A stretch of 64,000 nucleotides of DNA from Octopus sinensis (GCF_006345805.1 NC_042997.1:135966001-136030000), one strand, 5' to 3'. Positions 40,852-56,535 are shown, numbered from the stretch's first letter. A program made the numbers and translations. Notes: generated from the letters alone by a model not told the origin.

Positions 40852-43283
40852 GTTTTCAAGCATTAATCATCGTCACGCGGCTGATGGTCTTCAGTAAATC
40901 AGCCATCTTTTTCACTGTCTTCAAAACCGATGACGTCGCTTTCTTCGTTGTTTCGTTTCTGTTTATTTTTTGAGTGTCGTTGATGGACAGCTTCGCAGTA
41001 GTAGACAGAACATACAGACCAGCGTTAATCTGTCAGAATGATAATTCATTACTCTGCTGTAAATACTCCTCTCGAATTTCATTAATATCTTTTAATACCG
41101 TGGTTGTTCGTGTTCTGCTTACTTTGGTAGAGAATACTCTTTCTTCGAGAGAATACTTCAAAGCATATTTCAACGACATATAAGCCTAACTACTACTACA
41201 AGCATCGTTGCAGTTGTGCCTGTTATTTGCGAAAATCATAGCAGAGAGACAGTGGTTAGTTGTTTTAGCCTGTACTGTAGTTTGGCAAGCAAGCAGTGTA
41301 CTCTCTGTTGGAATGTCGCTGTGAAATCACGTTGTGACCTAACATCGTTCGCACATTTGTTTATACTGTTTGGCAGAAGGTGAATTTCAGATATATTTTT
41401 AATAAAGTTACATTCACTTTCTTCTTATGTTCCACAAATGTTGCTTGTTGGCGTAATTGTCTCGCAGTAAAATCATTTAGCTCTGGGTGTAGATCGTCTC
41501 AGTATGCTATCAATTTATTCATATATCCAAAAGTGGAATTTTGTTTTACTCATTTATAGCAGCTAAATAAATCATTATTCAATTCATAACTTCAAGAAAA
41601 ATGTGTTTTATAGTTACGGTTTCTTCTATAACTACAGCTTGAAAGAATCTGCTTACCTGTTAAGTGGTTGTTTTCGTTCTGTCCCTCTGTCGTGTTGTTG
41701 ATGCTGTTGTATCCAGTCATGCTTTTTTATAGTAACTCTCTACATGATAAAGCCAAGTTTCAGTCGAAAATAACTACGACCTTAGATACAAGTCTCTCTC
41801 AGTTAATTCATCTGAAGATTAACTTGTTATTTAACGGGACTGATAATTGTGGCTTCAAAGTTAGTGATAATATTTATTGTATTTCGATAAATAGTCTTCC
41901 ACGCCAAATACGCAACTTGTAGCTATATATGTATACGTGTAGACAGAAATTGTTACGATCGAATTCCATGTCGTTATCTCTTGCTTTCTTTGGTTTACAA
42001 ACATATTCAATTGTATATGTAGTAAACAAATGAAACAAGTTTGTTCGATGGAAATTCAAGTAAAGGAACCTTTACTCGTTTGCTTAACAACAGCAGTTTT
42101 ACATGTAATTGATTTAGTATAATTGCAAATAGTCGTATTTCAGAAAGCAGAAGAGCGAAATATATTTTCAACAACTTTCTGATCTCCCCAGACACAAAAA
42201 AAAACATCAAGTTATCCGCTTCGTAGCCGATGAGTTATAGTTATGACTTGATGAATGTTAGTTGCAAGAGGTACTGAACATTATCATGAAGTTACACAAA
42301 ATATACTTTATTGCATTTTTGATATAATTACACTGTTTGTACTGACACCAAAGCTGTTTTCCTGATTAGTTCTATAGCTAAAGATAAGGAGGACTGAACT
42401 GTACAAAAGTATAAAACCACATTAGATGTATTCAATAAAAGAATCAATAGTACTCGGAATTGGGCGAAATTGGAAGAAAGTTCTAAACATTGTTACGATC
42501 GAAAACATTTATATTTTTACTGGTGGAGAATAATTAGGGAAACAGAGTAACATCACAGCCTCACTATAAGTGCACTTGTCCTGTCTTATAATGTAAAATA
42601 TGATTAATATTCAACATCAGGAAAATTTTATTTCGCTTCAATGTATTTAGAATAATTTATATCACTATGTTACTTTCTATTCTATGTGTAACTGTATGCT
42701 TATGGCATAATAATGTTCTTTTTATGTTGTGGTATTAAGAAGTTCGTCGATATTTTCCTTGATATCTAACATAAATTGTAATGTTTGATAGAAAAATGAA
42801 GGGACAGATATTTCTTCGATGAAGGATTTCTTCCAAATAACATGATATAAAATGTCTTATTCGGTATTAGTGTATAATTTCATGAGTTCATTAGGTTCGT
42901 CGACCCGGAGGTATTGACGCATAAGAAATGAAAATATTTACTGGATAAAAATTAAAAGATATAAGGTCATACTTTGGATGAACTAACTATTACATTTTTG
43001 AAAGGAAATATATAATTCAATGTTGATTAGCATGAACTGATAGATAATTGTTGACTAGGCTGGCCGCTGATGGCTGACTGAGGAATGCATCCAGCTGATA
43101 GATCAATGAGAATAAATCCTTATAACAGTTTGGATCAGTTTAGATTCTCGTATATCTAAATAGTAATTCTTCCATCACAGTCTATGCAAGTGCGTACCTT
43201 CTATGTTTCAATGATGAAGTCGTAACGATTGCAAACGAAGCATGTTGAGAATTGTGCTCTGCTTTGTCAAAAGAGTTAAAGTA

Positions 43284-44191
43284 TTAGGTTGTTCCGAAAA
43301 TAATGGCCGCTCTAACTGTTGTGCTTTGAAACATAATTTTATCATAGTGTTGTAAATATATCTTAGGTGAAATTCGACATACTTGATAATTGATGTATGC
43401 TCTTTAATAATTTTCTACTTATTTCAGACAGAAAACAGTCTCGAAGGATAGATGTCCTTAATTATGAACATGACAAAAAAGGACCTTCGCTTACTTTTCG
43501 GCGTTTTGAAGTGTGCTCGAGAAACACCAATGCTCCTTTATGAGAAACACCAATGCTCCTTTTCTTCACCAAATTGTCACTTGTGGCAAAAAGTGGATCC
43601 TTTATGATAACCGTAAACGATCAATGGTTTGATCGGGATGACTCCTCCAAACATTTCCCAAAGCCAAAGTTGTATCATCAGATGATTATGGTGATTGTTG
43701 CTGTTGTCCATTACAGCTTTCTGGAAGCCAATCAAAGCATTACAGCAGAGGTTTACTGCAATCAGCTCGCTGAAATGGATGCTCACTTGCAAAACTGAGA
43801 CCTGCATTGCTGAATGGGCCCAATTCTGCTCCGCAATAAGGCAAAGCCAAATGTTGCAAGAATAACGCTGCAGAAACTCACAGACTGGGGATACGAGATT
43901 TTACCACATTCCATATTCTGATCTTTCACCCACTGACTACCATTTTTTAAGCATTTAAACACGTGATAAAGCTTTCAGGTCCATACCAGAGGTGGAATCA
44001 GCTTTCAAAGGCTTTTTGAGCATCAAAGCCAATACGTTTTTATCAACGAGGCATAAATATCTCACTGATTGGTGGCAGAGATGCAGAGATATTCATGGCT
44101 CATACTTTGACTAAACCAAACATTTCTATTGCAAATTTTTCCAGAAATAATTATGTTTCTGAAATGGGCCATTATTTTCGGAACAACATAA
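43284..44191 (+). mobile_element. Internally deleted mariner transposon
   Basis: TIRs ttaggttgttccgaaaataatggcc / ggccattattttcggaacaacataa with TA TSDs; relic motifs IVTCGKKWILYDN, KPKL, VHYSFL...ITAEVYCNQL, PYSDLSPTDYHF. Confidence 0.9.
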
Positions 44192-44361
44192 TAATATATT
44201 ATTATTGACAATTATTGCAGAATTCCTCAGCATTAAATGTGTAGTACAAACTTATGTGTGCGTGTATATGTGTGTTTGTGTGTTTGTTTAAATGTAAAAA
44301 TGTGTGATGATGGCAGAGAAGCCAAAAACTTATCTTGCAAAACTCATTAATATATTTATAG

Positions 44362-44394
<33 letters not shown>

Positions 44395-44594
44395 CATACA
44401 CTCAATATCTAAATGCATAAATATATATATATATGTATATGCGTGTGTGTGTATCAAATAGCTACCTATTCTTACTACATTTATGCTGTAGACGGACAAG
44501 ATACTGTGACTTTTGTCCGAACATGTGGTGTTAAAATCACAATATATACAGGGAGACGAAAAGTTGCCTGTATTTCAGTTTCTCTGCCCCCTCC

Positions 44595-44669
<75 letters not shown>

Positions 44670-45419
44670 TTATGTGAGGTAATGGTGTCAAAAAGACCCA
44701 AAGGTGTCAAGTAATGCTGAGTAAATGCTATGGACAGACTATAGTTAAGCTCCAGGTTCGGTGATTATGCGAACGAGGAGTTCAACGTAGGTCATATATT
44801 AGCATGCATATATATAAAAAAATTAACAGAATGAGATAAAAATCCAAGGCTGCGAAAGATTTCACAACATATATAAAGAAACGTTTCCTGTACCTTGTGT
44901 GTAAGTTCCAATAGAATTTAAAATTGATCATTCCAAGCATAGAGTTTGTAAGCCGTGTTATTGGATCGATGGTTTGTTCTTTGAAGTGACTTAAAAGTTG
45001 GGAATGTGTTTGTAAGGTCAAATCAAAAACAGGAAGAGAGGAAATAAGAAAAAAAGAAAAGCGGGGAGAGAGATAATAAAGAAATGAAAAGAGGGAAAGT
45101 GTACTGGCTAGTGGTCAGTCAGGATAAATTGATAGAAGAAATGAGGAGGTGAGGGTGAGAGAGAGAGAGAAAGATATGAGCGTGTAAAGAGATGAGAGGG
45201 TAAAGAGTAAAGGTGTGTGAGGTATGTAGTGATAGAGCCTAAGTGAAGGGTAGAGAGGGGGTAGGGTTAGTAAAATGGTGGAATGAAGAATTTTGGAATA
45301 TAGGCTAGGTTGCTTAGAGGACAAATCTGTAAGACCTCGTTATAAATGTTCTGACATCTTTCACAGACTTGGATTTTTATCTCATTCTGTTAATTATATA
45401 TATATATTTAATTTTAAAT

Positions 45420-45975
45420 CCAACAGAGCTTGTAGCTGAGTTTCAGTTCATTTCATCCATGGCTGATATTATATCAGTTTCCTTTATTTCGATGTAGTCA
45501 ATAATTACTATCTCTTTGTGTATAACTGTAGCTATTTACTTGTGTCCCAGCGAAGTTGTGGAAGCACTTTTATACTCGACATATTCTCTGCGGTGTGTAA
45601 TCAGTCAACCACTTTCTTTGAACAGTGGCCCTATCATATACCGTACTGAAGTAGACACTTTTGCAAATCTATAGAATTATTTAAGGTTTCTCTTTACATT
45701 TTTACAGCCCGGACTTCAACCCTCACCTTTTTAAGACAGTGATTGAGTCTTGATTACGTCTTGATTATATGTAACTGAATCTCTCAGGTACGGGATGTTG
45801 CGCTGGTAGGATGTTACAAGGCCCTGAGGTTCAGTAGGTATACTGGTGAGACATATGGAGTACCGTTAGTGGCCACGTTAGTGGTTTGACATTTGTAGAG
45901 GCTCAAAAGTGCTCACTCTAGGTCTTTAGCTGTTTGCGGTGTTTTTGAGTGCTGGTACATGTTTCTCTAAATCAA
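45420..45975 (-). mobile_element. Heavily decayed CR1/L2-like LINE fragment (linker between EN and RT)
   Basis: Minus-strand pieces EKHVPA, EVRAVK.NVKRNLK*FYRFAK, IGPL, DYIEIKETDIISAMDEMN*NSA resemble the sequence preceding the GPDG motif. Confidence 0.5.
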
Positions 45976-46234
45976 CGCATATCTGAAACAACTGTAAGTC
46001 CGTAATGAATAAAGAAAGAAAGAAGTAAATAGATGAATTATACAATCCATTGTTTCTGTCTATGGCATGTATCACTTTGTAAAGCATACCATCTTAACTT
46101 GGTGATGTAGTTATAAATTTACGAATCTCACTGAAGATGATCTTTGATTATATTTTTACTTCCAGGAAGCTTAAGAAGCTTTCCCTTGGATTCTTAATTC
46201 CTTATAAATCCCTCTTAGTTTTGATATATATATA

Positions 46235-46265
<31 letters not shown>

Positions 46266-47949
46266 ATGTATGTATGTATGTATGTATAAGGTCCAATATA
46301 CTTTAAGGGTGTTATACTTTAGCCTAATGTCTGCCCTTGTATACATGAATAAATATTATCGTTGACGAGGGTCGCAACGATTGGATAACAGTGTGCACAT
46401 GGATCTGTTATTGATATTTCTTGCTTGTGGTACCGTTTCGTTTATGCGTATTTTACATATACAAATTAATATTTGTATATGTTCTACTGATTGAAACATA
46501 TGTATCCAAGATGTTCTATAAATATAAGATATGCTTTCTATGTTTCTCACAATACATACGTGTGTCTGTGTGTGTGTCTGTGTTGTGCCTAAATATGTGC
46601 ATGTAAGTGAATACGGGGTGCATGTATATTAGAATGTATAAGTATAAATAAAATATATTTAGGAACTGTTTGAGTTTAACCTTGAACAATTTGTAATACT
46701 TAATATACTATTTGAAAAAACTCAGCTACGTTAGAATTTAACCCAGATTTAATAACTCAAATATTATTTCCAAATCGATTCCTTGGCTTATATGAGTATT
46801 AAACAGAAATTAATGGCCATTTATCTCTTTGATATCTTAAAGCCTAAAATCTATTTCTTCTTATACTTTTGATGAAGGCTTTACGTGATAAATCCCAAAT
46901 AGTTTTTCACTTTATTCAATAGCTTCTGCAATCTTGATATTTTGAGTACAAGTAGCATCAAAGTCATGGATAAAAATGGTATAATCTATTAAAAGAAGAA
47001 GTACTATCGAGTGTGCATCTCAATATTGTACGACTTTCTTTTCTTATCTACTTAACGCATGCTGAGCTATGGTTAAACAGGCCTATAATCAGAATGATCT
47101 AGCCATGATACATCCAATGTATTTTCAGAAAATGCATCCAGGGTAAAATCCAATGGCTCCTCTCCTCTCTCATTTAGTAATGTTTGCTTTGAAGGGAATT
47201 TGCTAGCTATTTTTAGATCGACCGTTGGATTGCTCTCTAGATTTAGCATATTAAAGATTTTCGATTTTTCGCAGCTTTTACTTCCATATCACTTGATTAA
47301 CGTACATTTACTTGTAATACATCTTTTGGTTTGTTTGTTTTGGCTTGTTTGTTTTGGGTTTGTTTGTTCGTTTGACTGACTATAAGATAGCATGTTGAAA
47401 CTGAAACAGTTACATGGAAGGGACGTCGTTTTAGGCATTTAGGAAACACAAAACTAGTTATTTTCATTTTTCTTCTTAATAGTTCTGTGAAGTGTCAAAA
47501 TGTTTCGCCGCATTTCCGCAACCAGATCAATTTACACAGTGGACATTTGTTAGAAACCGATTCGTAGGTGAGCAGCAAATCATCGTGACACTTTATCTGA
47601 GACTGTACTATAATTAAATAAGTGAAAGGTGAATATAACACTTCTGTGTGTGCTCTCGGTCTAAATGACACAGTATGAAGATATAACTAATAAATGTTTC
47701 GTCATAGGCAGAACTGTGCAGTAACAAATGAAAATACAAGCAACTAATTATATTTCATCCTCTTCAAGTGTTTGCAATCGAGATGCTACACCAGACCATT
47801 TGCTCTGTTACATCTTCAATTTCATGTTTTCTGTATATGCAAGTAATATCAATGTTTTTCAATTATCTTTTTCTTCATTAATGTGCTGAAGGCTCTGATA
47901 TATAACATCTCAGGTTGCCTGATGTTTAGCACGATAGCAATGGTCAGGA

Positions 47950-48345
47950 AAGTAAAAAGTCTTCATAAATCTCCTTTTTGGTTTTGTCTTTTTTACAGTC
48001 AAAAACACAGAAACCAAAGTACTTGAGTTACTGACCTTAATTTGTGTGACAGCGTTAGAACAATTTCGAAGGTGTGTTTCACCTTCATTAATGGTCATTT
48101 ATTCACTTCGCTTTGCATTGAGAAAGAGGCCAACTTTGACTGCTGCTTTCTCAAGAGATGTTAACATGTTTGTACACATCACACTGTTGATGAGCTGTGA
48201 GAAAAGGCTCATCTGTGTGACCGGTAGAGAGTTACACGCTTTGTTGAGGTCTTGAATTTCTTTTTGAATCAAGGCATTTGACATGAATAGAGCCGAGAAA
48301 TGGATTAAGAATGTAATACACCACAATCACAAAGAAAAGAAGAGA
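47950..48345 (-). mobile_element. Decayed RTE-like RT fragment
   Basis: LLFFVIVVYYIL, a degenerate YADD position (HTDE), and LTSLEKAAVKVGLFLNAKRSE*M. Confidence 0.65.
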
Positions 48346-49021
48346 AAACATGTTTTGCTGAAGCATTTTTACTTTTATCAGAATTTTTTTAGCAATGTCT
48401 ACTTAGACATGTATAATATATAAGTTCAAAACTAGTTGGTCAAATTATTTCGAGAAGGCCAACACCGTTCCACCAGGCATACAAAGTAACAATTAGTGAG
48501 TATCAATTAATAAAATACATAGTGGTTTTGAAAAGTAGATATGACATATTGTAGATAATTAACCGCAGTTTTTTTTTTGCTAATTGTCAAGAAAGAAATA
48601 AGAAACGAAATTAACTCCTCAATTAGAATTTCAAATTTCACTTATTTTTGTTTGTTTGTTTGCTTTTTTTTTCATATATATATTTCTGTTTGCAATTCAT
48701 TTAACCTTTGTTAAGTTCAACTAAAAATCAATGGAATTATTCCCATGGCTGCGCTCTGTTATATATGTGCTTCCGCGCAATTTGATTTGAAATATAGTTA
48801 GCTCTTTTTCTGGCTGGCCGAGCTATGCCTGCATTTTTAATATTCATATTAAATGATGTTTACCATATATATATATAAAAACAGATGTGTTTGTCATTGT
48901 ATTGTTCTGTATATCTGCAATAAAGATTATTGAACAGGAATCGTAGGAGTTTTGAATGTCTCAGAATTCAATGCTTTTTCTTGTGTCTAAGAAGTATTCT
49001 GCCATAGTTTTCTATTCAATT

Positions 49022-49160
<139 letters not shown>

Positions 49161-49410
49161 TGTACGTACTTCAAGAAATTCTCTTAATCCCTTAGTTCGA
49201 CAGAATGCATAGGATAACCATTCAATCATCTTTATACATATGAGCAAAATCATCTTTATTTTGTATATATACCATTCCTCTTTATTCTTTTAGTCTTTTA
49301 CTTGTTTCAGTCATTTGATTCCGGCCATTCTGGAGCAGCGCCTTAACTATGTGTATGTTATATTTTCAACATTAGACTTCATTTGTGTTCCATAAATGTG
49401 TAAGCATGTA

Positions 49411-49463
<53 letters not shown>

Positions 49464-49629
49464 TGTGTGTATGTATATACATGTATATGCTATATTTTCA
49501 ACGTTACGTTATATTTGTGCTGTATGAATGTGTTTGTATGCAAGTGTGTATATACATACATACATACATATATATATATTATATATATATATATATATAT
49601 AATATATATATATAATATATATATATATA

Positions 49630-50030
49630 CAATATTAGATGTGTACATATATACACAAGGCCACCACATGAGTACCTAAAAAATAGAAGTCAAAAATTGT
49701 TTCTATACCACCGAATAGTCACAAATCTATTACAGACATGATAGGAAAAAATATCTGTGAACAATAATAACGTCGTACCTCTACTGTGTCAGAACAAGTA
49801 AATGCTGGTTAACTTAATACCAGTTTCGAAGCTTAGCGTCGAATAGGTGCCCGATTTCACATCAGCCAAAGACTGGCAGCTAAATTACTACTAGTATTCT
49901 CCCCCACCCGTGCCTGCAATAAATTTGTGACTATTCGGTGGTATAGAAGCATTTTTTGACTTCGGTTTTTTTAGCGATGTAGGTACTCATGTGGTGTCCT
50001 TGTGTATATATATGTACATATCTAATATTG
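49630..50030. mobile_element. MITE with about 110-bp TIRs flanked by TA
   Basis: caatattagat..gtacatatatacacaagg.caccacatgagtacct...ctataccaccgaatagtcacaaat and its reverse complement at about 49922-50030. Confidence 0.8.
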
Positions 50031-50199
50031 TATGTACATTTTATTAATTACCTGCACGGCTGATAATTCACTTACTACTCGTGATGGTATTTTAATAATA
50101 CCATCTCTATGTTTATAAATAATTTTACACATTTCCTTTGTTCCTATAGTGCTTAGTTATTTCAAACGAACTTTTGCAGGCATGGTGGGGTGGCAGATT

Positions 50200-50410
50200 T
50201 TGTCTGATGAGAAATTGGGCACCTATTTGGCGCTAAATTTCGAAACGGCTACCAAATTAACCAACATTTACTTGTTCTGACCTAGTAAGGTAAGACATTA
50301 CTATTGTTCACTCATAATTTTTTCCTATCATGTCTGTAATAGATTTGTAACTATTCGGTGATATAGAAGCATTTTTTGACTTCTGTTTTAGCGATGTAGG
50401 TGCTCTTGTG
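50200..50410 (-). mobile_element. Partial inverted copy of the 49630 MITE
   Basis: Reverse complement aligns to about 49672-49870 (aaatctattacagacatgataggaaaaaa...gtcagaacaagtaaatg...aataggtgccc). Confidence 0.8.
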
Positions 50411-51905
50411 TTAGAGAAGAGAGGTGGGTAAGAGGAAGCAGGTGTGAGAGGAAGATTGGAGAGGGAAGGAGGGTTAGATGAAGAGGGGAGGAGAGTTGAG
50501 CCCATGTGGCGCAAAGGAGCGAAGAGAGAAGATTAATCCCTTTTCAAGGCGAAGACGGGAGTCCGGATGGCCCCTGTGCAAGGACACTCCGAACACAGAC
50601 AGGTGTCGCAAAGAGTCACCGGTAGAGCGGAAATGGCGCGAGACTGGGGTGTCATTGCCGAGTCGGATGTCTCGGATGTGTTCCGCGAACCGGTCAGCCA
50701 AGCAGCGTCCTGTTTGCCTGAGGGAAGGGCAAAGAGAGCAGGAGATGTAGTAGATGACATTGGTAGAAGTACAGGTGAAGGAGTCGGTGATATGATAGGG
50801 TCGATGATGGGTGCCAGTGAGGAGTGTGGTGTTGGAGAGGTAAGGGCAAGTGCAGCAGCGTGAGTAGGAGCAGAAGAACGAGCCGGGTTGGAAGGTGGGT
50901 TAGGGAAGAATCTGTGAACCAAGAGGTCTCGTAGATTGAGGGTTCGTTTGAAAGAAAGGAGGGGTCGTTTGAAGGAGGGAAGGAGTCGGTTAGGGAAGAT
51001 GTGCAAAGTGGAGGGATCGAACTGGAGTCGCCGGAAGGCTCAGAGAATGGAGCGTTGGAGAGGTAGGGTGGTGGGGTGGTAGGTGAGGGGAAACGGGAGA
51101 CGGTGCGGCGGGGGCGAGGGGAAAGAGTAGATGCACGGTCCACGGAACGTGCTCTGGCAAGGGCGGTGTGGATAGTGGTGAGGGGATATCCACATAGGAT
51201 GATGTGGAGTGCCATGAGTTCAGACTGAGTCTCAAAGTCATGGTCGTCACTGCAGAGCCTGCGTAGACGGAGGAATTGGGAATAGGTGATGGAAAGCTTG
51301 GTATGTTTAGGATAGGAGGAGAAGTTGATGTATGAGTGTGAGTCTGTGTGTTTGTAGTGGATGGAGGTGGTGAGAGTGGAGTTTTGAATGCTGACTGAAA
51401 TTTCAAGAAAGGAGACAGGTGTCAGAGATAGTGCAGAAGAGGAGGACAGGATGGAAACATTTTACAAAAGAGAGGAAGAGATCTAGATGTTCGTGGGAGA
51501 TTGAGGTCGCACTGATACAGTCGTCAATAAAACGGCCGTATAGTTCAGGAGTGGGACTGGTGAAACTTGAAAATATTTGGGTCTCAACGTAGCAAACGAA
51601 CAGGTTCGCATAGTTGGGGCCCATTCTCCTTGCCATGGCCACTCTCGAGATCTGCTGGTAAAAATCACCAGCTAATGAGAAGCAATTGAGTGAGAGGACA
51701 AATTCAGCCAGGCGAACGAGTGTGGATGTGTCAGGTTGGGGTTGGGTTAAAGGTCAAGGAAATGTTGGAGTGCACGCAGCTCCTAGTGGTGAGGGATCAC
51801 CGTGTAAAGACCCTGAATGTCGAAAGCGAAGAGAAGTTTAGAGGGGCCAGGAGGGAAGGAGAAAGAGTTGAACAAACGAAGCGCATGGTTGGTGTCATGG
51901 ATGTA
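50410..51905 (-). mobile_element. Penelope-like element, 5'-truncated, RT plus GIY-YIG, frameshifted
   Basis: DTNHALRLFNSF, DIQGLYTVIPH, MGPNYANLFV, YGRFIDDC, LCSDDHDF, GYP, FKR..NLRDLLVH, FTCTSTNVIYYISCSLC, QTGRCLADRFAEH, HF, EKGLIF...APHGLN. Confidence 0.9.
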
Positions 51906-51964
51906 GTCCTATCCTGGACAAACACTCCCTCTGGCAGGTGCCGCAAATGTAGCGAAGATTGTTC

Positions 51965-51980
51965 CTAGATAGATAGATAT

Positions 51981-52023
<43 letters not shown>

Positions 52024-52123
52024 CATACATACATACATACATACATACATACATACATACACACACACACATACATACATACATACATACATACATACAT
52101 ACATACATACATACATACATACA

Positions 52124-52150
<27 letters not shown>
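51965..52150. repeat. (TAGA)n/(TACA)n microsatellite
   Basis: Directly visible. Confidence 0.95.
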
Positions 52151-52154
<4 letters not shown>

Positions 52155-52188
52155 GTACTAAAATATGAATAAGAATACTGTGTGTGAG

Positions 52189-52475
52189 TGAAGGCGTGTG
52201 GCTTTTTGATGAGGGTATTAGGCTCACGATCGTAAGGCCGTGAGTTCGATTCCCGACAGCGCGTTGTGTCCTTGAGCAAAACACTTTATTTCATATCGCC
52301 CCAGTCCATTCAGCTGCCAAAAACGAATAGTTCCCATATTTCGCGTGTCACGCTGAAGTACAAGTGTACAAGTGTATGTGGAGTGCTCAGTTACTTGCAC
52401 GTCAATTTTACGAGCAGAATGTTTCGTTCATCGGACCATCTGCAACACTCGTCGTCGTAACCGACGGAGCGTCAG
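52189..52475 (+). mobile_element. tRNA-derived SINE of the 6543 family, diverged
   Basis: gagttcgattccc...ttgtgtccttgagcaaaacactttatttca...ctcgtcgtcgtaaccgacggag. Confidence 0.85.
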
Positions 52476-52489
52476 TTATGTATATTGTT

Positions 52490-52803
52490 TTATTCTTTTA
52501 TTCTTTCACTTGTTTCACTCATTTGACTACGGCCATGCCTTAAAGTTAAGTTAAGTTAATTTTTTGGCTCAAAAAGCAAAAAGCAAGGCCATGTTGGAGG
52601 GTTTTAGTCGAACAAAATTATAAGTATAAGTCGACCCCAGGACTTATACTTTGTAAGCCTAGTACTTATCCTATCGTTCTCTTTTGCCGAACCACTAAGT
52701 TACGGGGACATGGTCACACAAGCATCGTTTGTCAAGCGATCGCGGGAGGACAGACACAAAGACACACACACACACGCATACACATACACAAATATACAAA
52801 CAC

Positions 52804-52854
<51 letters not shown>

Positions 52855-52860
52855 CACACA
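52490..52860 (-). mobile_element. 3' half of a 7558-family SINE, reverse orientation
   Basis: cacttgtttca.tcatttgact.cggccatg...agcctagtacttatc...cttttgccgaacc.ctaagttacgggga; contains an insert of about 50 bp between two ggccatg copies. Confidence 0.8.
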
Positions 52861-53519
52861 TATATATATATATATATATATATTCTGTCTCTCGCACTCC
52901 CTTTTGTATTTCTTTCTACCTCTAGTGTTATTTAAATTTATTTATGTTTACGTATATTATTTATCTTTATTTATGTTTTTATTTATATATTTTAAATTTA
53001 TATTTATTTATATTTATATTTTTTTACTTTGTATCCATTCCACCGTTGTCCATTTTACTTTTACTTTCATCATTTCTTTCTTCTATTTCAATTCTGTCTT
53101 TTTCTCTTTTTCTTTTCACTTTTCTTCTTTCACATTCTTTTGATCTATTCATTTATGTTATTTCTACTTCTGTCTACCATTTTCTTCTATCTCCTTTACT
53201 CTCAACATACTTATAAAACATTTCGCCATCTGACCCACTTCAGATATTTGATATCTATAACAAAATGCAATAAAATCTTTCCTCAAGGATCAGTTGTGGC
53301 TCAGTATCCAATTGCGTTTGGAACAACCAATCCAGAAACACCAAAGAACTAAAACGGTAAAACGTAAGGAACAAAGGAACAACTTTGTGTTTACCATAAT
53401 TTCTCTAACACTTCTCGTTCTTTCGTGTATATATATATATATATATATATGTAGGTCCCGGGTTGATTCGGGGTTAACCACAGTAAATAAGGTACTCAAT
53501 ACATAGCAGAGTAAAATTA

Positions 53520-55007
<1,488 letters not shown>

Positions 55008-55011
<4 letters not shown>

Positions 55012-55318
55012 CGTGATCACCGTGACCGACCAGACTATCAGATATTGCAACACATCGCTGGTCACAATGCGCTTCGCATTGTTTTAGCCTTCAAATGACG
55101 CCACCCTGCTGGCTAAGCGAGCAGGCCAACAGAAGAAAGAGTGAGAGAAAGTTGTGGCGAAAGAGTACAGCAGGGATCGCCACACACCCCTGCCGGAGCC
55201 TCGTGTGGAGCTTTAGGTGTTTTCGCTCAATAAACTCTCACAACACCCGGTCTGGGAATCGAAATCGCGATCCTACGACCGCGAGTCCGCTGCCCTAACA
55301 ACTAGGCCATTGCGCCTC
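55008..55318 (-). mobile_element. tRNA-derived SINE with Arg-tRNA-like head
   Basis: Minus strand gaggcgcaatggcctagttgttagggcagcggactcgcggtcg...tttcgattccc; same family as 40559. Confidence 0.9.
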
Positions 55319-55333
55319 CACACACACACATAT

Positions 55334-55376
<43 letters not shown>

Positions 55377-55651
55377 GTGTGTGTGTGAAAAAGATGAAAA
55401 TAGAGAAATTGAGAAATAGCCATCCACGTATATTGATTTAAATATCTCTGTATACACTGATGTTTATAAGTCAATTTCTTCATTTTCTTACTTTTCTCAT
55501 TCCAATAATTGAAAATACTTATATCCATCAATGCAAAACTAACGTATTTAGTTTTCATTGGACACTAGTAAAACCGGACAACTACGATGCAAATATCCCT
55601 TAACCTTAAACGATTATAGCATCTTAGCATAATTAAATTAATATATATATA

Positions 55652-55693
<42 letters not shown>

Positions 55694-55799
55694 TAATTTA
55701 ATTATGCTAAGATGATATAATCCTATATATATGCTTATGTATATAATTTACTGTTCCGCTACATTTCAGGGATTTCTGGTAGTTATCTAGGTACCCCGA

Positions 55800-56535
55800 A
55801 CGAAAAGTTCATTTAAACAGGTTGGCTAGTTGGTCACGATCGAATCCCAGAGCTTCTCCCAGGACGTCATCCCCCTTGGACTCTATCAGCCCGCTATAGA
55901 GTACCGAGGTGGTATTCCCACTGCCGGCCTTGCCCGCCTTGTGGATTAGCAAGAGTGCCTGTCGGCACTCATTTTGCCATTCTGTCTGATTCCGCCTTTT
56001 CATGAAACAGAGTTTGAATTCCTCCAAGGAGGCTAGTTGCGGAAAGAATGCCCCTGCCAGCGAATTCCATACCTTCCAGTTAGAGCCAGAGGTGCCTCAG
56101 CCTCAGCGCATGTCTGCGCATCATCAGCCATAGCATACTTAACCCACCTTTTAGCGGTTTTTGGCAGTGGTTTTCCTCCCTTCCACAAAAAGCGAAAGAG
56201 GCGTTCCAACCTGTTTAGCCACGAATCAGGGCAAAGGACAACGGTCAGCCGATAGGTGATAACAGATGCAATATACACCTGCACCACTTCCATCTTCCCT
56301 TTCAGAGATAGCGCCCTTCCAGATCCGGATTAGAGCCGCCATCCTTTCTGCCACCTCACTCCAATTCTTCTCTGTCTGGGAATCCGGTCCAAACCAGACT
56401 CCAAGCAACTTAACACGACCTTCTGTCCAATGTTCCACGACATTGGACGGCATCGTCTTGCCACTCCAGGTACCGAGCCGGAAGCCGATGGACTTGTCCT
56501 TGTTAATTTTTGCCCCTCCTACCGTCTCGTAACCT
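55800..56535 (-). mobile_element. Tx1/L1-clade LINE fragment (RT C-terminal region)
   Basis: GAKINKDKS, VKLLGVWFG...KNW, QVYIASVITYRLTV..CP, LERLFRFLWKG. Confidence 0.75.

Noticed and set aside
43553-43798. SETMAR-like host gene
   Set aside because: No SET domain; catalytic motifs are decayed; it is bounded by mariner TIRs.
50478-51968. Plus-strand ORFs over the Penelope relic
   Set aside because: Antisense shadows of a GC-richer coding strand; the minus-strand frames carry the real motifs.
53217-53243. CUGAAG...GAAA-UGUU hammerhead-like string on the minus strand
   Set aside because: Core spacing is off, stem III is mismatched and there is no stem I; compatible with chance.
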